DNA of 64,000 bases from Psammoneis japonica (taxonomy: Eukaryota), in the NCBI GenBank assembly GCA_008632985.1, contig QPGO01000011.1:558001-622000 (forward strand). The letters run 5' to 3'. Positions 36,801 through 52,243 of the stretch are shown one piece after another. The position numbers and the translations under genes are program-made. Every line of letters begins with the position of its first letter. Positions within the stretch are counted from its first letter, which is position 1. A model generated the notes under the pieces. The model did no database searches. It saw only the letters and a program-made list of their open reading frames with translations, and was not told the DNA's origin.

Positions 36801-39800
36801 GATCGAAGCCCAGCAATGCACCAAGCCTTATGAACGTCATGATGGAGTTGAGAAAGTGTTGCAACCATCCCTTCTTGGTACGCTCCGCTGAAGAACGCAT
36901 TCTGTTGGATGCAGCCGCTCCGCTCAAAGATAAGAAAGACGACCAGGGACGCGATATACCGATCGACTACCTAAAGCTTTTTGGAGAGCATCTGGTCAAG
37001 TCATCTGGAAGATGGTACTTTTGGCAAAGGTAAGCTTTGTCCTGTGCGATTCTTGCGCCGTTTAAACGTCTTCAGCATGTCTCAACGTCACGACGATTGT
37101 GTCTATAGCTTCTTCCCAAGCTCCAGTCAGGTGGGCACAAGGTTCTTATCTTTAGTCAGATGGTTCGTGTTCTGGATCTGCTGGAAGAGCTTTTGAAGAT
37201 GAAGCGGTATCGATACGAGCGACTGGATGGGGCAACTGCAGCCGGTGCCAGAGCAGCAGCAGTTGATCGATTTCATAGAAAATCTTGCCAACGCTTTGTG
37301 ATGCTGCTTAGCACAAGAGCTGGGGGGCTTGGATTGAACCTAACCGCAGCCGACACTGTCATAATTTTCGATAGTGATTGGAACCCCCAAAATGACCTAC
37401 AAGCAATGGCTCGTGCTCATCGAATTGGTATGTACGGATTCTTTGCGTTTTTGCAGAGCACGCCCGGCTTTTTTCTTCTGATATCAACCTCGACTCATGA
37501 TCACTTTTCGTATCCTTGTCGACCCACAGGACAAACAAGATCCGTTCGGGTGTATCGTCTCTTAACTGCGAAGACTTATGAAATGCACATGTTTCACAGC
37601 GCAAGCATGAAGCTTGGACTGGATCGAGCAGTTCTAGCGCACCAAAGACAGCAAGGTGGCGAAGAGGCGGATGACAGCAAATCCAAAGCAAAGAGCGACA
37701 AGCAGCTGCAGGCAAAAGAGATTGATGAATTACTAAAGAAAGGGGCGTATGATGTGTTTCGCGACGACGACGACAAGGAAGCACAGAAATTCATGGAAAC
37801 GGACATTGACCAGTTGCTTGAAAGCAGTTCCAGAAAAGTCACTTACGGCAGTACGAATACTTCGATCAGCAGTGGTCTTGGAAGTTTCAGCAAGGCCAGT
37901 TTCGTTGCTGATACCGGCGAGGGAGAGCAGGACGTTGACTTAGATGACCCGAATTTCTGGGAAAAGGCAGTCGGGCTGGAAGCACCTGTGGAGACTCCTG
38001 AGGAGGTTGCCGCCATGATCGACGACGGTGTGAAACGCAGTCGTAAGCAGGTACAACAGTTTGATCCATACGCGGAGTTTGCTCAAGCGGAACAGAAGAA
38101 AAAGGATAAAATCGCTATGAAGGTCAAGGAGGAAAGGAAGAAAAACGGCGCCGCAAACAGGAGAAAAAACAGAGAAAGTTAGAAGAGAAAGAACGGAAGC
38201 GACGCGACCGTGATGAGGCAAGAGGGCGCCTATTCCAGAGCTCGAAGCTCCAGAAAACAGTGGACGACAAGTCCCCGAAAGAAGGAAAGCGTAGCAAGTC
38301 AAAGAAAAAGAAGAAATCCGAAAAGAAAAAGGCGACAAAAAGAATTGAAAATGAGGACCCTATGCTGGAACGTCTGAAGCAGGCATGGGAGATCCCACAA
38401 AGGAATCGAGCCACAAGTGCGATGCTTCGAATTGGATTTGGTCGCTTCTGCAAAATCCGCAACGAAGCTAATTTGACCAGTCTTCCTGTTCAGGATTTGG
38501 AGGTTTTCTTTCGTCAATATGTGTACCAATTGTCATTGCAAGCAAGTGTGCCCCTTCTTGCGCTGTTGCGGTCCGGGATCGACGGAAACAAGTCAGTCTG
38601 CGAATCACCCGACGGAGCCCTGCGTCCAATAATAAAGATGTGGCTTGGTGGTAGTTCAGAACGAGAAATTGACTGGATTTGTCAATCCATTGCCTCTGTT
38701 GTCACAATGCATCTTGAAGTACAGAGTGGACGTCGATTCCTTCGCATGCCACTAGTGCTGGCCGAACCGTCATATGTTGCCGATCTCCGAAGAGGTGCAG
38801 GCTTAAGGGCTTTGCGACGAACTTCACTGTTGTGTCGCCTCAATATTGTGGTCGAGGAAGCCGTTGACAACATCTTGCACTCACTTGGTTACGAAGAGCT
38901 CGGTAAACGTGGATGTACGACAAAGGACTTGTCAACGTTGGACGTCGACCTCAAAGCCCGCTACATCACGTCAGAAGAGTTCTCGCTTGCTCTGAGTTCG
39001 AAGATGTGTGGGAAAGACGTTCGTCTTACTGCCCCAGCATTGTGGTGGGACCGTCGCTGTGATCTTGCCCTTATTATTGGAACATTCGTTCACGGTTTCG
39101 GGAATTATGAATCGATGAGAAACGACGAAGATCTCCCTTTCGCCAGTCTTATTCGTCGCCATTCAGATAGAAACGATGAATGCTGCCGTTCGTTTTTGTG
39201 TTTCGAGGCAGCCGCAAGAGCGGCAAGAAAGGTGTTCGACCGCGCTCTTGATTCGGCAAAAGCGAAGGCGCAAGAAGAAGCACACGAAGCAGTTGCTGCA
39301 GCTGTAGCGGCAATAAAACAGAATCCGCAAGCAACGAATGGAGATGGTCATCCGATGCCCGACACAGAAAGATCAATGGATTCTAGTTCCGCTTTGTCAG
39401 ACAAGGTTTCCTCCGAGATTCAAGCGCTGTTTGACAGAGATGATACTCACTTCGTTACCCTTTTGAGACTCTCAGCTTCCACAAGGAGTGCCTTTCGAGC
39501 AGAAGCCATCTCAACCCATGACCAGGCTAGCCTCGAACTTGAGCATAGTGTCGACAAAGTGAAGACGGAAGACCCAGATGGCAAACGCACAGACAGCGAC
39601 GAGGAAGAGATTAGGCTTCCAATTCATCAACGGTTACCCATGCCTGATTCACGAGTACTGGATGACAGACTCTTGACGCTCCTGGAGATCATCGAAGACG
39701 ATCGAACGTTAAAAATCGACGATGACGCTTCAATAGAGTGGCAAACATCGTCGGTAGTCGCCGTTAATGAAAAGGTACGCTCGAACGCCTTACAAACGCT

Positions 39801-41214
39801 CGGATCATCTACCGAAAGGTCTGAAGAGCAGCGACGGTGTTACAAAGGCATTGGGTTCAGTGGTTACCAATGTGGGTCGAACCACCGCAATCTTGACGAC
39901 GGAACTGATTTTTGCGTGGGTGCGGCGTGTTCTGCTCTGGTACATGTCGCTTCCGGTACTGACGCACCTCGCTACCTCCGTGCTATTGGAGTGCCGATGA
40001 ACGTAACAAGATATTGCGTTTCCGGGCTCGTGTATGCTGACCTGCCGGTGTTGAACGAGCTTCTCTCGTGCGAGAACAGAAATAGTGCCGCTTCGAATGA
40101 ACCAGACGTGACACAGAGCACGGGATTGTCCTCTCCGGACTTGAAAAAAGCTGCACCAGAAAAAGAGAGCTCCCCCAACACAGACGAAGGAAGCGATATG
40201 TCGACGCAAGAGCCTACTAGAGTGGAAACAGCAAAAGCGTCTTCTCGATTGTTTTCGGACAACGTAACCCTTCGAGCTGGTGTATGCGCTGCTGCTCTTC
40301 ACTATGGATTTCCAACGCCAAAGAAACAAGATTATGCTGACGGTGCAATGGTGGCAGCGTACAGAAAAGGCAACTTGGCGGATCCCTCGATTCGGGAAGC
40401 TTTGTTTTCGACAGAAACATTCTTGTCTGTTGCCGAAAGCTTGAGTGGAAGTAGTGATTCTATGAACCCAGTACCCGAGCAGGACACTCTCAATCGGTAC
40501 ATGGAGTCAGTATTTTTACCATTTTGCGTCAAGTTATGTGTCATGGGAAACGGACCCACCACTCGAAATGCGCGTGGTAGCAAGGGCGTATACGAGACGG
40601 CGTTTGGAGTGTCTCTTGAACCTGAGCCAACCCTCCCGAAGCAAAGCCCCATTCCTGATCCAACCATGCCGCTCTCAGAGAACTCAGTCGAGGCAGTTGC
40701 TTGTGCCTCCGCCATACTTCGTCGGGTGCGTCTGCTGCGGTCCATCCACTACATCACCAGAAGTGGAAGTGTATCCTACGATGCTCTAGTGAGTTTCTTG
40801 AAGGGCCCGATGATGCGTCAACAAGATCTGATGAGCACTCTACCCTGTTGGTGGTGTCCTTGGATCCATGACTTGGGGTTGCTGGTTCATGCCGCCGCTC
40901 ATGGTCTTTTCAGCATTCTACGAGATCGTCGCGACGGCACACTTGTCCGCGGCACGGTCTTTGATTGTGAAGTCATTCGCAAACACATTCACGATACTTA
41001 TGTGGTTGGAAGAAGATTACCAAAAACGTTGTTGGAGAATCCGGTTGAGCTTGAAAAGTGGATCAAGCTCCAGGCAACGAGGTTTCCTAGTGAACGTGTC
41101 ATTGAGCGACGACTTGCAGTCTTGTGCGCTGAGCTCTCGGTCGGGGCCACGGATGATGCTGACCGTTATGATAATCTTCCCATGTTTGATCATGGCGGGT
41201 GGCCACGAAGTTAA
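33826..41214 (+). CDS. Chromodomain-helicase-DNA-binding (CHD7/Kismet-like) SNF2 chromatin remodeller; introns plus several 1-nt frameshifts
   Basis: Two chromodomains ([31 protein letters not shown]), ILADEMG|LGKT across an intron (~35977-36058), [39 protein letters not shown] and [20 protein letters not shown]. Confidence 0.9.
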
Positions 41215-41399
41215 TTTAATATTTAATAGGAACTGTGGCATAGCAAACCAAACAACAAGTACAGCAAGTTGTAGAAGATTATTTTTCCTAATTAGCCTAT
41301 GCAATCTTCGAGGCATCCATTCCCAATTCAGTCAATTCACCAACCCCAACGCCCACGGCAACTATTCTTCTTGACCGCCCAGAGAGCGCCTACTCAGCA

Positions 41400-42838
<1,439 letters not shown>

Positions 42839-43459
42839 TTATGATCAGCAATGTGAATGGGGTTGGTTAGGTACACCACTCTATCTTCGCTCTCGTTTTA
42901 TTTCAATGTGCGAAAACACAAATCATCCCATCCAAAATCGAAGATGCTGACGTGGTGTGGCGGCGGACGACGAACGAACTAACATTAAATCGGTTGGTGG
43001 CCAGACGATTGCTCGTATCGAATCATACATGTACTGTATCTACCGGTATCTATCTATCTATTTTATGTATACGTGGTTCAATACTAACATTCTATGGCGT
43101 GTATCTGTAGCGAGACTGTAGACTTTTTGAAATTTCGGTTGGCATATGTCAAGATAATGTCCCCTAACAATCGGATCGTGACCGTGCTATGTTCTTATTA
43201 GAGTTGTATATTGATAATTGCAGTATTGTATTCTGTGAAACCTACGTGATTGGGATAGATTCGTGACTCGGTCATCCGTCATCCTGCCAATCAATCCGCA
43301 CAACGAATCGTGGGAGGGGATATCTTGGATGCGAATCACGCACCTCCTTCACTTCAACGCTTGTTCCGCTTCTCATCAACACTCTCACAATCCAACACAA
43401 CAAAACGAACAAGAACACGACACTCAAAGGTGATTCTATCCCTCTTTGACAAAGTAACG

Positions 43460-44287
43460 ATGGCTCTTAGTGATAAAGGACAAAATATTGCAAGGTGAGA
43501 TCTAGAGAAATGATTGTGTGGAGACCGGGGTTTGCTTTGTTATCGTTTCCTCATGATATCTGTTTGTTTCTGAATCGCGGGTTTGAATTCTGTCTACCAG
43601 GTGGTTCATCCTTGGTCTTACCGTACTATCATGGATCTTTATCATCGTCACTCTCTCCGACTGCTCCTTCATGAAGGATGATTCTATCGGCATTTCGGGG
43701 TTCGAAGTCTCCTTTGGACTTTTCAGCGGTCAAGCCGGCGGCAGCAGCTGCGAAAAGTACACGAGCACCGGATTGGATGCATTGGGCTCAGCCTTTAAAA
43801 CGGGAAGGGCCTTTGGAGTCTTGGCGTCTCTAGCCATTAGCTTTGCCATGGTCATCATCATTTGCGTCCAGGTGGTCACCATCACGAATGAAAATTGAAG
43901 AACATGCTATGGTTGGCGCTCAAGGTTCTCTTTGCCATTGGACTTCTTTGCCTCTTGCTGACGTTTGTGGCGTTTGCCTCGGATATTTGTGACACTATTA
44001 GCTGCGGAGTCGGCGCTGCAAGTGGCTTGGCCATTTTCAATGTGTTTATTCTTATCGCTCTGTGCGCCCTTTCGTGCATGGTCCCTCCTCCCGACAAGGC
44101 TTGCGTGTCTTGCGGCGGTTCTTCTGGCGACGAAGAAACTGGAGGAGTCAAGGATTCTCCAGAGCAAGCTGCTGGCGAATCTACCAAGGTTACAATTACA
44201 AAGAGACCGGATGGATCCAAGGTGACGACCAAGGAAGTTACTCATCCGGATGGGTCCAAAACCATCACGGAAACTATTGAAGAGTAG
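43460..44287 (+). CDS. Small four-TM (claudin-like) membrane protein, one intron and one probable 1-nt frameshift near 43893
   Basis: ATG at 43460, GTGAGA...CTACCAG intron, hydrophobic segments with DCSF, FGLF and KTGRAFGVLA, tail DGSKTITETIEE. Confidence 0.6.
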
Positions 44288-44689
44288 ATCCTCGAGTCAG
44301 TCTGTGTTTTTTGTTACGTGTGTGAGTGAGATTTTAATATGATACTGTGCTCAATCAGAAAGAAGATCGGGAGGGAAGAAGGTGTGCCTTCTTGTAGATG
44401 TCCCATTGTATGGCTGCGTCGAAACTTATGGTAGGAAACTAGCTTTTGAATGTACTATTGAGAAGTCTCGTACGTAGCAGTAGGACTTCAAAGATGCACA
44501 TTGCTTGAGTGGTAGCCACCGAGCTACTAGCTAGGGCGTGCTCTAGAGCTAGATGCTAAAGCTCCTCGTTGCCTCGTTAGTTGTGAGGCGAGCGCGCATC
44601 ATTTACACTACGCACCTTGCAACGCGTTTGTTGACACGAACAAATTTGCATGTAACTCCAGAGTTTCGCATTGTGTGCATTGAGTGAAT

Positions 44690-47600
44690 GGCGGTTGAGA
44701 GTACATCCCAGACAATGGCCACTCTTGAAACTCATTCTGTCAATGAGAGTTGCAGCATGTCATTGCATCAAACTGATGGACAAACCCTGCTTTTGACAGG
44801 GAAACATTCTCAATGCTGGAGCCACTTGAGCTGCTTTGGCTCTTCATGCTTGAGCTGCTCTTTGAGCTGGAGTGACTTCTGTTCTTGGTGCTTGAGACAC
44901 GTTTCTGTTGCTTGAGCCCCTGCTCTCTCCTCAGCACTTGAGCCAATGGCACTGCTCTTGCTGCCAGAGCTGGGGTTGCCAGAGTTGTGACTGGCTGCTG
45001 AAAAGTCACGGCTGTTGGAGCTGCTGCCAGAGCTGTTGCTGGAGCTGTGAGCAAAGCTGTCAGAGCCAATGCTCAAGCAGGAGCTGCTGGATCTGCTGCT
45101 GGAGCCAGAGCTGCTGCTGCTGTTGCTGAGTGGCTTCACATCATGCTCTTGCCACACAACCAAAGCCAGACCAACCTTTTCCGGTGCTTTGGTGTTGACT
45201 TTTGTAAAAAAAAATGTGTCATGGACATCAACATCCTGGTGTGCCAGTGCCCACATTCATCAACTTCCTTGCAAGATTGCTCTTGTTCATCACAGGTCAG
45301 ACTTGACAGCACAATTTTGCTTCCCAACCTTGGTTGGGTGTGATGGATGTGACAGGGAAAACTTTCGCCCAACCAGACCACTGAGTGGCAAATGATTTGA
45401 AATCTGCAAACACCTGCACATTGAACGTTGACAGACCAAAATGGTCTTTTTGTGGGTTCAGTCACAGAAAGTCATTCTCTTGACCCCCACCCACAACAGC
45501 CACAGCAGCACGTCACATCACTTTTTGTTGAGCAGCAGCACTTTGAGCACAAAAGCACCACAGCCAGGCAATGTCAATGTGAAAAGTGCAACGATGTTGT
45601 CTTTTTTGTGGAATTTTCCAAATGTGCTTCCTTGTTGGATCCATGCTCACAATTTTGGCTAGAGCCTCACTGCACTCATGCTGGCAGCATGATGCTGGTG
45701 TGCTGCACTTCAGACAAGGTTGTGCAACAGTGCACCAGCCACACAAAACACTGCCAGCACACCCATGCTGTCGTGTGCTCATTTTTTAAAAGATGTTTCA
45801 GGTGAGTGGAAGGAAATCTTCTTTGCACTTTAACCCCACCACAAAAAAGTTCTCTGCAATGGCACATTTTGCACCAGTGTGCAAAACACATCAGGGCACC
45901 ACTGGTGTGCAGGGTCATCAACCCACCACCATCATCATCTGGGTGTCTCCGTGCATGTTTTGTCATGTTTCTGCTGCTGGTGCAAATTTCAGGCATTGTC
46001 TCCAACCAGCCAGAGCTGGTGTGAGACCCAGGCATTGAGCAGCTGTGCCAGCCAGCATGATGAGCACACACCAGCCCAAGTTCCCTCCAACCTTGCTCCA
46101 ATCTTGTGCTGAGGTGACAACATGGGGAAATGTGGAGAAATTGACAAAAAACCTGCTGGGAGAGCCAACAATGATGTTGACATGGTGCACACAAGAAGTC
46201 CAAACCTTCGCATTGTTGCTTCTTGCTGGGCTGCTGCACAGCAGCAGCTCTGTCAGATCCTTGTTTGTGAGCCATTGCAGCTGTCCAATCTGAGACACGC
46301 AACACTCTGGTGGGAAATTTTGAAACCTGCTGATTTGGCCATTCACAACGCCACATTGCTTGCCAACTCTACACTGACCCACCAAGGGCTGGATTTTTGG
46401 CAGCCCCCTCTGAGTCAAAACTGGCAAAATCATGGAAAGACAAATGACATCAATGAGTGATCAAATTGGCGGCAGTGTGAGACAATCCTGGTGTGCAGGA
46501 GATTTGTGTAGAAGTGGCTGAGAGTGAGAGAGAGTGAAAGATTGCAAGAGGGAGCTGCTGTGGGGGGGCTGCATCTTCAATGAAGCAAAGCACGCTGTTC
46601 CAGGATTTTTCTGTGCAGAGCAACAATTTGGGCCCAAGGAGTCACTCAGAGACTTGTTTGATTTTGGAGAGAGTTGTGTTGGAACATGCTCCAGCTCCAG
46701 GCAGAGTGCTTTTGATCTCTTGAATCACTGAGTTCCTCAACAGCATTTGTGGCAAAGTTGTTCTTGACCTGGATCAGCTGCAGTTTGAAGACAAGAAACG
46801 CACTTGTGCCAAGGTCAGGGCTCATGAGCTCATGCTGAGAGACCACACCTTTCACAAGCTCAGCACCCCACCCAAAATGAGGAGCCCCAAGGATGCAAGA
46901 TGCAACAGCCATTTCATCAATCTCAATGAAAGCTGCTCTCAACATGAAGACCAAAAAGGGCGGCAACTCCACACCACCTCACCTCTCCTCAAGACAGATG
47001 CTTGAGCAGAAGATCCAACTTGCTGTCCAAAAGCTGGTGAAATGACAGTGTGAGCTGCAGTTGGAGTGCAGAGCACATGTGCCTCAACCCCTGACATGTG
47101 GTGGCAGAGTACACCATGGGCTGGAATGTGAGTTTTCACTTGTGCTGCAGCAAGCATCAAACAAAAGGCCCCATCTCATCCACCATCATTGGACAAATGT
47201 TTTCCCATCATTTTGCATGTCCAATGTTGTCACAGACTTGTGCGAGGATGTGCCAAGCCCTTCATCATCTCACATGACACCCAGTGGGTGTTTTAGAGAT
47301 GCTTCTGTGTCTGTGTGTCAAAGAATGTGCTGCATGCCACTGGCCTGCACTTGTGTCTCCTCCAGTGAGGAACACAAATTCCACATTGCCGCATGTTGAC
47401 AATCTTGCCATGGCATCACACGGCTCCTCATCAGGCCCTGCATTGCCCACTGTGGCTGCCAGCATCATGTTTTTTGAAGGTTCCCTCGTGTTTGTTGCAT
47501 CTGCAGATCAAGGTGCAACTTCTGCCACCAGCCAATGCCAGTGGGAAAGTTCAAATTGGCAGGTGTCATGTTTGGATCTAAGATCCTGGTCACCACCATG

Positions 47601-48960
47601 CCAAGTTGTGCCCCAACTCCAAGGAGGACTTTTTCCTTGGCCATTTGTCTGATGCCACCAAGCACATTTTTGGCACATCTTAAGAAACATCTCAGGTCCA
47701 GATTGCCGCACAAAAGTGCATTTGGACAAGGGTGTGGATGATGTCTGTCATGCAAAGGATTGGTGCAGCAACCAAGACACTTTGTCTCTTCCAGCAGCCA
47801 TGATGACAGAGATGTGGAACAGCTTCTTTGTCTCCTGTCTTGCCTGCTGCAACCTCTTCTTCTACAAGTCACAATGGGTTTCCAAGAGTTGAAGTTGGGT
47901 TGGTTTCCCACATCTGCTGCCAGTGGCTGCAAAATGCTGCTGCCCTGTCTCATGTTGAAGGTGTGCTTGCTGTGAACACCCAGATGGATCTTCAGCTGCA
48001 GACACCATTTTGTTGAGTGTTGCCTGTGCTGCCATGCCTGCAATCTCTGATGTGGTGCTGCAGGTGAGCTGTCTGCAGTTGCTGGCACTGGCTCCCTCAC
48101 ACTGCTGCCTGCCACACTGGCGGCACTTCCCACTGCCATCTGTTGCTTCCTGCCTGCTCCAGACCCCAAAGTTTTTGTTTCTGATGACCCCACTGTTTTC
48201 TGCACAATGGTGGCCACACATTTGTCCCATGGATGAGCCGCCCTCTGTTGCCAAGGTCACACCCAAGCTGCTTGCTGTGTGTGTGATGTGCCATTGTCCA
48301 ATGCTTGTGGACACAGAGCCACTGCTTTTTGTTGATTTTGGATGTGCACTGTTGTCATTCCTTTGATGAGCAAAACCACGCAGAAGCAGGCAACTCTGGG
48401 TGAGGGCTGCTGAGTGTTTTGTTGCCTTCTGCTGTGCAACCTCTTTCATCCACTGCTCCAGCTGTTGCTGCATCACAGACTCCACAATCACCACACATTT
48501 TCTGATCAAAGGAAGGCTCACTGTGGCAAAGAGGAAGTGGCACAACTGTCGAGCATGATTGCAAAGAGTCCTTTTTCGGCAACCAAGTTTTGTGCATCAT
48601 GTGGCACTCACTTGCCATGATGCATCCAGTCTCTTCTGATGGTGAGTTGTCCAAGAAAACACATTCTTTTTCCAATGTCTCACATGACCACAGGACAGGC
48701 AGGCACCATCCATGGCATCAGACATTTGAAAATGCAGCCAACTTTCAATGGAGCACATGCCTTTGTTGCGCTGCATGGGCAAGTGAGACAGAGTCAACTT
48801 CAATGGTTGACCAGCAGTGGCCAATGTTGACATCCATTCTAGGCTGCCGAAGAAGGTGTGCTCAATTATTTTTACACGTGGCATCACGAAGCTGGGCGGA
48901 ACAAGTAAGCCAGCAGCATGATTTGGAGCAATCTGCCTTGTTAATTGTCAATGGAGTGAG
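44690..48960. mobile_element. Block C: hypermutated repeat-derived DNA, family unidentified
   Basis: Nearly free of TA and CG over ~4 kb by eye; no recognisable protein domain. Confidence 0.65.
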
Positions 48961-49094
48961 CAGTCAATCGTCAATCCGTAAAAACTGAAAACAGGCAGGA
49001 AACATCATGCTGTATTCGCCGCGCGCGCTGATGTCCGCTATATGCCGCTGTGGTCTGCAATGAACTTTTGGGTTTCTTCTGCTTTTCGTGAAAG

Positions 49095-50694
49095 ATGGAG
49101 GCAGCAAGTTATGGCTCTATAGGATTACCGCAAGAGCTGAGTAAGGAATCCTCAGGGGTGAAGAGGAATAGAAATGACAATACTGACGAACATGGGTCTT
49201 CCGCAAAAGGCGCCACCTTGAACTTTGTCAATAGCATTGTCGGAGCAGGCGCAATCGGAATGGGGGGAGCAATTGCATCGTCAGGAGGAATAATAGGGAT
49301 ACTGTGCGTTGTCTTTTTCGCGTTCTTGACAAAATTGTCATTTGACGTGGTTATTGATTTGACTGTCGTAAAAACTGCACCCGGAAGCCAATCCTACGAG
49401 GAACTTGGCAGAGTTGCTTACGGGGCTCATGGACACCATGCTGTCCTTTTCTGCAGGTTTCTGTATTCTTTCGGATGCCTCGTTGCATATGTTGTCATCG
49501 TGAAGGACAACGCTGCGTCCACACTTCTTCAATTTCTAAACGACAACGAGGCAACCCGAGGCGAGGACTTGATCACGTGGATTTTGAGCGCAATGATTGT
49601 ACTCCCGCTCTGTTTGCTGAGGCACATGGCATTGCTAGAAAAGGCTTCAATCATCAACTTCTTTGTTCTGCTATTTATTCTTGGCATTGTTGTCTATGTG
49701 CTCTGTGCGAACCCCGATGGGGAGGAGCGAGTAACAGAGGGGACGGCATATGAACATTGGTTTCAGATTCGGCCAGGTCTGTTTGAAAGGTGAGTTTATT
49801 CCAGGTATCTAAGCGCTAGGCCCCCTACCTACTTCTCGTCTATTGTGAATCTACTACATTTGATTGCTCGTAATTGTCTCATGATTTTGTGGCCTGTCTG
49901 GCTTTCTTATTCACTGCAGCCTGGGAACGTTTGTGTTCACATTCGTATCGCAGCACAACATCCATCAAATATACCATTCCTTGCGCTCAGACATTCGCAA
50001 CCCTAAGAACTTTCACAGAGTTTCATCATGGGCCGTTTCCTTTTCAGCATTGTTCACCCTTGGCTTAGGATTGTCGGTCTACATGACATTTTGGGAAAGT
50101 ACAACAAGTGACATGTTTGCAGGGTATAGGAAGACAAGATTGCATGTTATCGATGCCGCCAAGCTGTTGCTCAGCATCGAAATGATGCTCACATTCCCAT
50201 TGCCATTCTTTGTTTGTCGAGAGCTCATAATTCTGTCCGTGCTGCATGTAACGTCCCCCGGAGATACTCGTCAAGATGTTCAGAAGGATGAAGAGACACT
50301 CTTGCAGAAGCAGGACCACATGCTCGACGAACACAAGGATGCCTTGGCTCCAGAACCATCACCTCCTTTTCCTGAAGACCGCTGGTGGCTATTGAAAACA
50401 CACGGACGACATGACCTTCAATTGATCCTTCCGTATCATGTGCTTGTGACTGTAGTGCTCTGGGTTGCCCCAACGTTTCTGGCCATCGCGGCACCGTCTT
50501 TGGGTGACGTTCTCAATTTGGTCGGAGCCGCGACGGGCACTCTCATTGCGTTTATCCTTCCAGCTCTCTTCCTCTTCCGATTGCATGGACAGACATTAGT
50601 GGGCTGGCTAATTCTGGTGGTTGGCGGTGTCGTTGGCTTGGTCGGTACGGTTTACAGTACTAAGAAGCTCTTTCAGGACGCTTCAATCGAGTGA
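49095..50694 (+). CDS. Amino acid transporter (Aa_trans / SLC38-like), one intron
   Basis: NFVNSIVGAGAIG, SYEELGRVAYG, FTFVSQHN, TFPLPFFVCRE and LNLVGAATGTLIAFILPA; intron GTGAGT (~49790) to CTGCAG (~49919). Confidence 0.9.
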
Positions 50695-50714
50695 CACTTA
50701 TACAGGAAAACTTA

Positions 50715-52243
50715 TCATGTTTCGATTGTCGCTGCAACCTCGCATATCGTTTGACCAATCTTGGCGACATGGTCTCGCGTCAAGTCTGGACAATTGAAGG
50801 TTGGCATGGTGTACAGCAGTTTCCCAAAAGGTCGCAGCCACACACCGCGATCCACGCACTCCTTTTGAACAGTGGCCATGTCCTTGATTGGTTCGTTCAA
50901 CTCGCACACGCCAATACCACCCAAGACTCTCACCTCGTGGACAGACTCCAAGCTAGCAGCGGGAGCCAAGGACGATATCAAAGTCTTCTCCACGGACTGA
51001 ATTCGGTCTTGCCATGGTGAACTGGATAGCAAGTCGAGGGATGCCAAAGCTGCGGAGCACGCCAGGGGATTGCCCATGAAGGTTGGGCCATGCATAAAGA
51101 CTCCACCATTGTTAGATATACCTTGTGCGACCTTTTCAGTGGTGAGGGTCGCACCGAGCGTCATGTAGCCACCAGTCAAGGCCTTACCGACGCACATTAT
51201 GTCAGGAACGATAGCGTCTGTTGTCTCCTCAATAGATTGGACTGTAGTGCTTGAACGCGACGACAAGGAAGATGAAGAATACCACGGATTGTAAGTATGG
51301 TCGGTTTGTTGGCATGCAAACAATGTCCCGGTTCTCCCAAACCCTGTCGCGATTTCATCAAAGATGAGCAACACATTGTACGAGTCACACAGACGCCTCA
51401 ACTCCCGCAACAAGACTGGGTGATAAAATCTCATCCCACCCGCTCCCTGCACAACTGGTTCCAAAATGATACCCGCGATGTGTTCATGATTTGTCTGCAT
51501 CATGCTTTCTATTTTTTGTACGCAATCCATTGCTTGCTCTTTCGTGGGGCCCCGGGGAGATTCGACAAAGAGTTGTTCCGCCAAAACACCAGAAAACAAC
51601 GAGTGCATACCGTTGATTGGATCACATACCGACATGGCACCAAACGTATCGCCATGGTATCCATTGGTTAAGGAAATCAACTTTGTTTTTCTTTTTCCTT
51701 CTTTTTGTTGATTATACCAATACTGAATAGACATTTTCATCGCCACTTCGACCGAGACACTCCCAGAATCACAGAGAAAGACTTTTGTCAAATCTGGAGG
51801 TGTCATGTCAACCAAACGCTTTCCCAGAGTCGCAGCTGGTCGATGAGTCATTCCTCCAAACATGACATGAGACATGGAGTCTTGTAATTGCCGACGAATC
51901 GCCTCGTCCATGACGGCATGTCGGTAGCCATGAACGGCACACCACCATGATGACATGCCATCAATCAGCTTACGGTTGTCCTCCAACGTAATGTGTACTC
52001 CCTTTGCCGACTGAACTGGATATACCGGCAATGGATTCGTCATGCTGGAATAAGGGTGTATGACGTGGTTCGATCCCATTGCAAATAATCGGGTGGTGCC
52101 TGGGGCACCGAGTAGTCTTCTGCTATGCTGCCGCTCTCGGTGCTTGCTAGGGACGAAGATGCACGCTTCGCCAGGCCAGAACTACCACGGCGTTGACATA
52201 GAAGTAACACTCTCTGAACTGAAGTGTAGCATTGCCGATTCAT
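50715..52243 (-). CDS. bioA: Adenosylmethionine-8-amino-7-oxononanoate (DAPA) aminotransferase with putative transit peptide; 1-nt frameshift near 52070
   Basis: HPYSSM, IDGMSSWWCAVHG, SGSVSVEVAMK, GYHGDTFG, LIFDEIATGFGRTG, GKALTGGY and HGPTFMGNPLAC; adding one A gives LQWDRNHVIHPY, joining ORF 52040..52243. Confidence 0.92.

Noticed and set aside
33826..41214. Frameshifts in CHD (~34000, 36250, 37010, 38140), bioA (~52070), the claudin-like gene (~43893), the ApaG gene and the TBL-like gene as pseudogenisation or programmed frameshifting
   Set aside because: Those checked are single-base indels in short homopolymers (e.g. GAC TTTTTT GGC for GAC TTT TTG GC) in otherwise intact conserved genes, typical of long-read assembly error. 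Read mapping would settle it.
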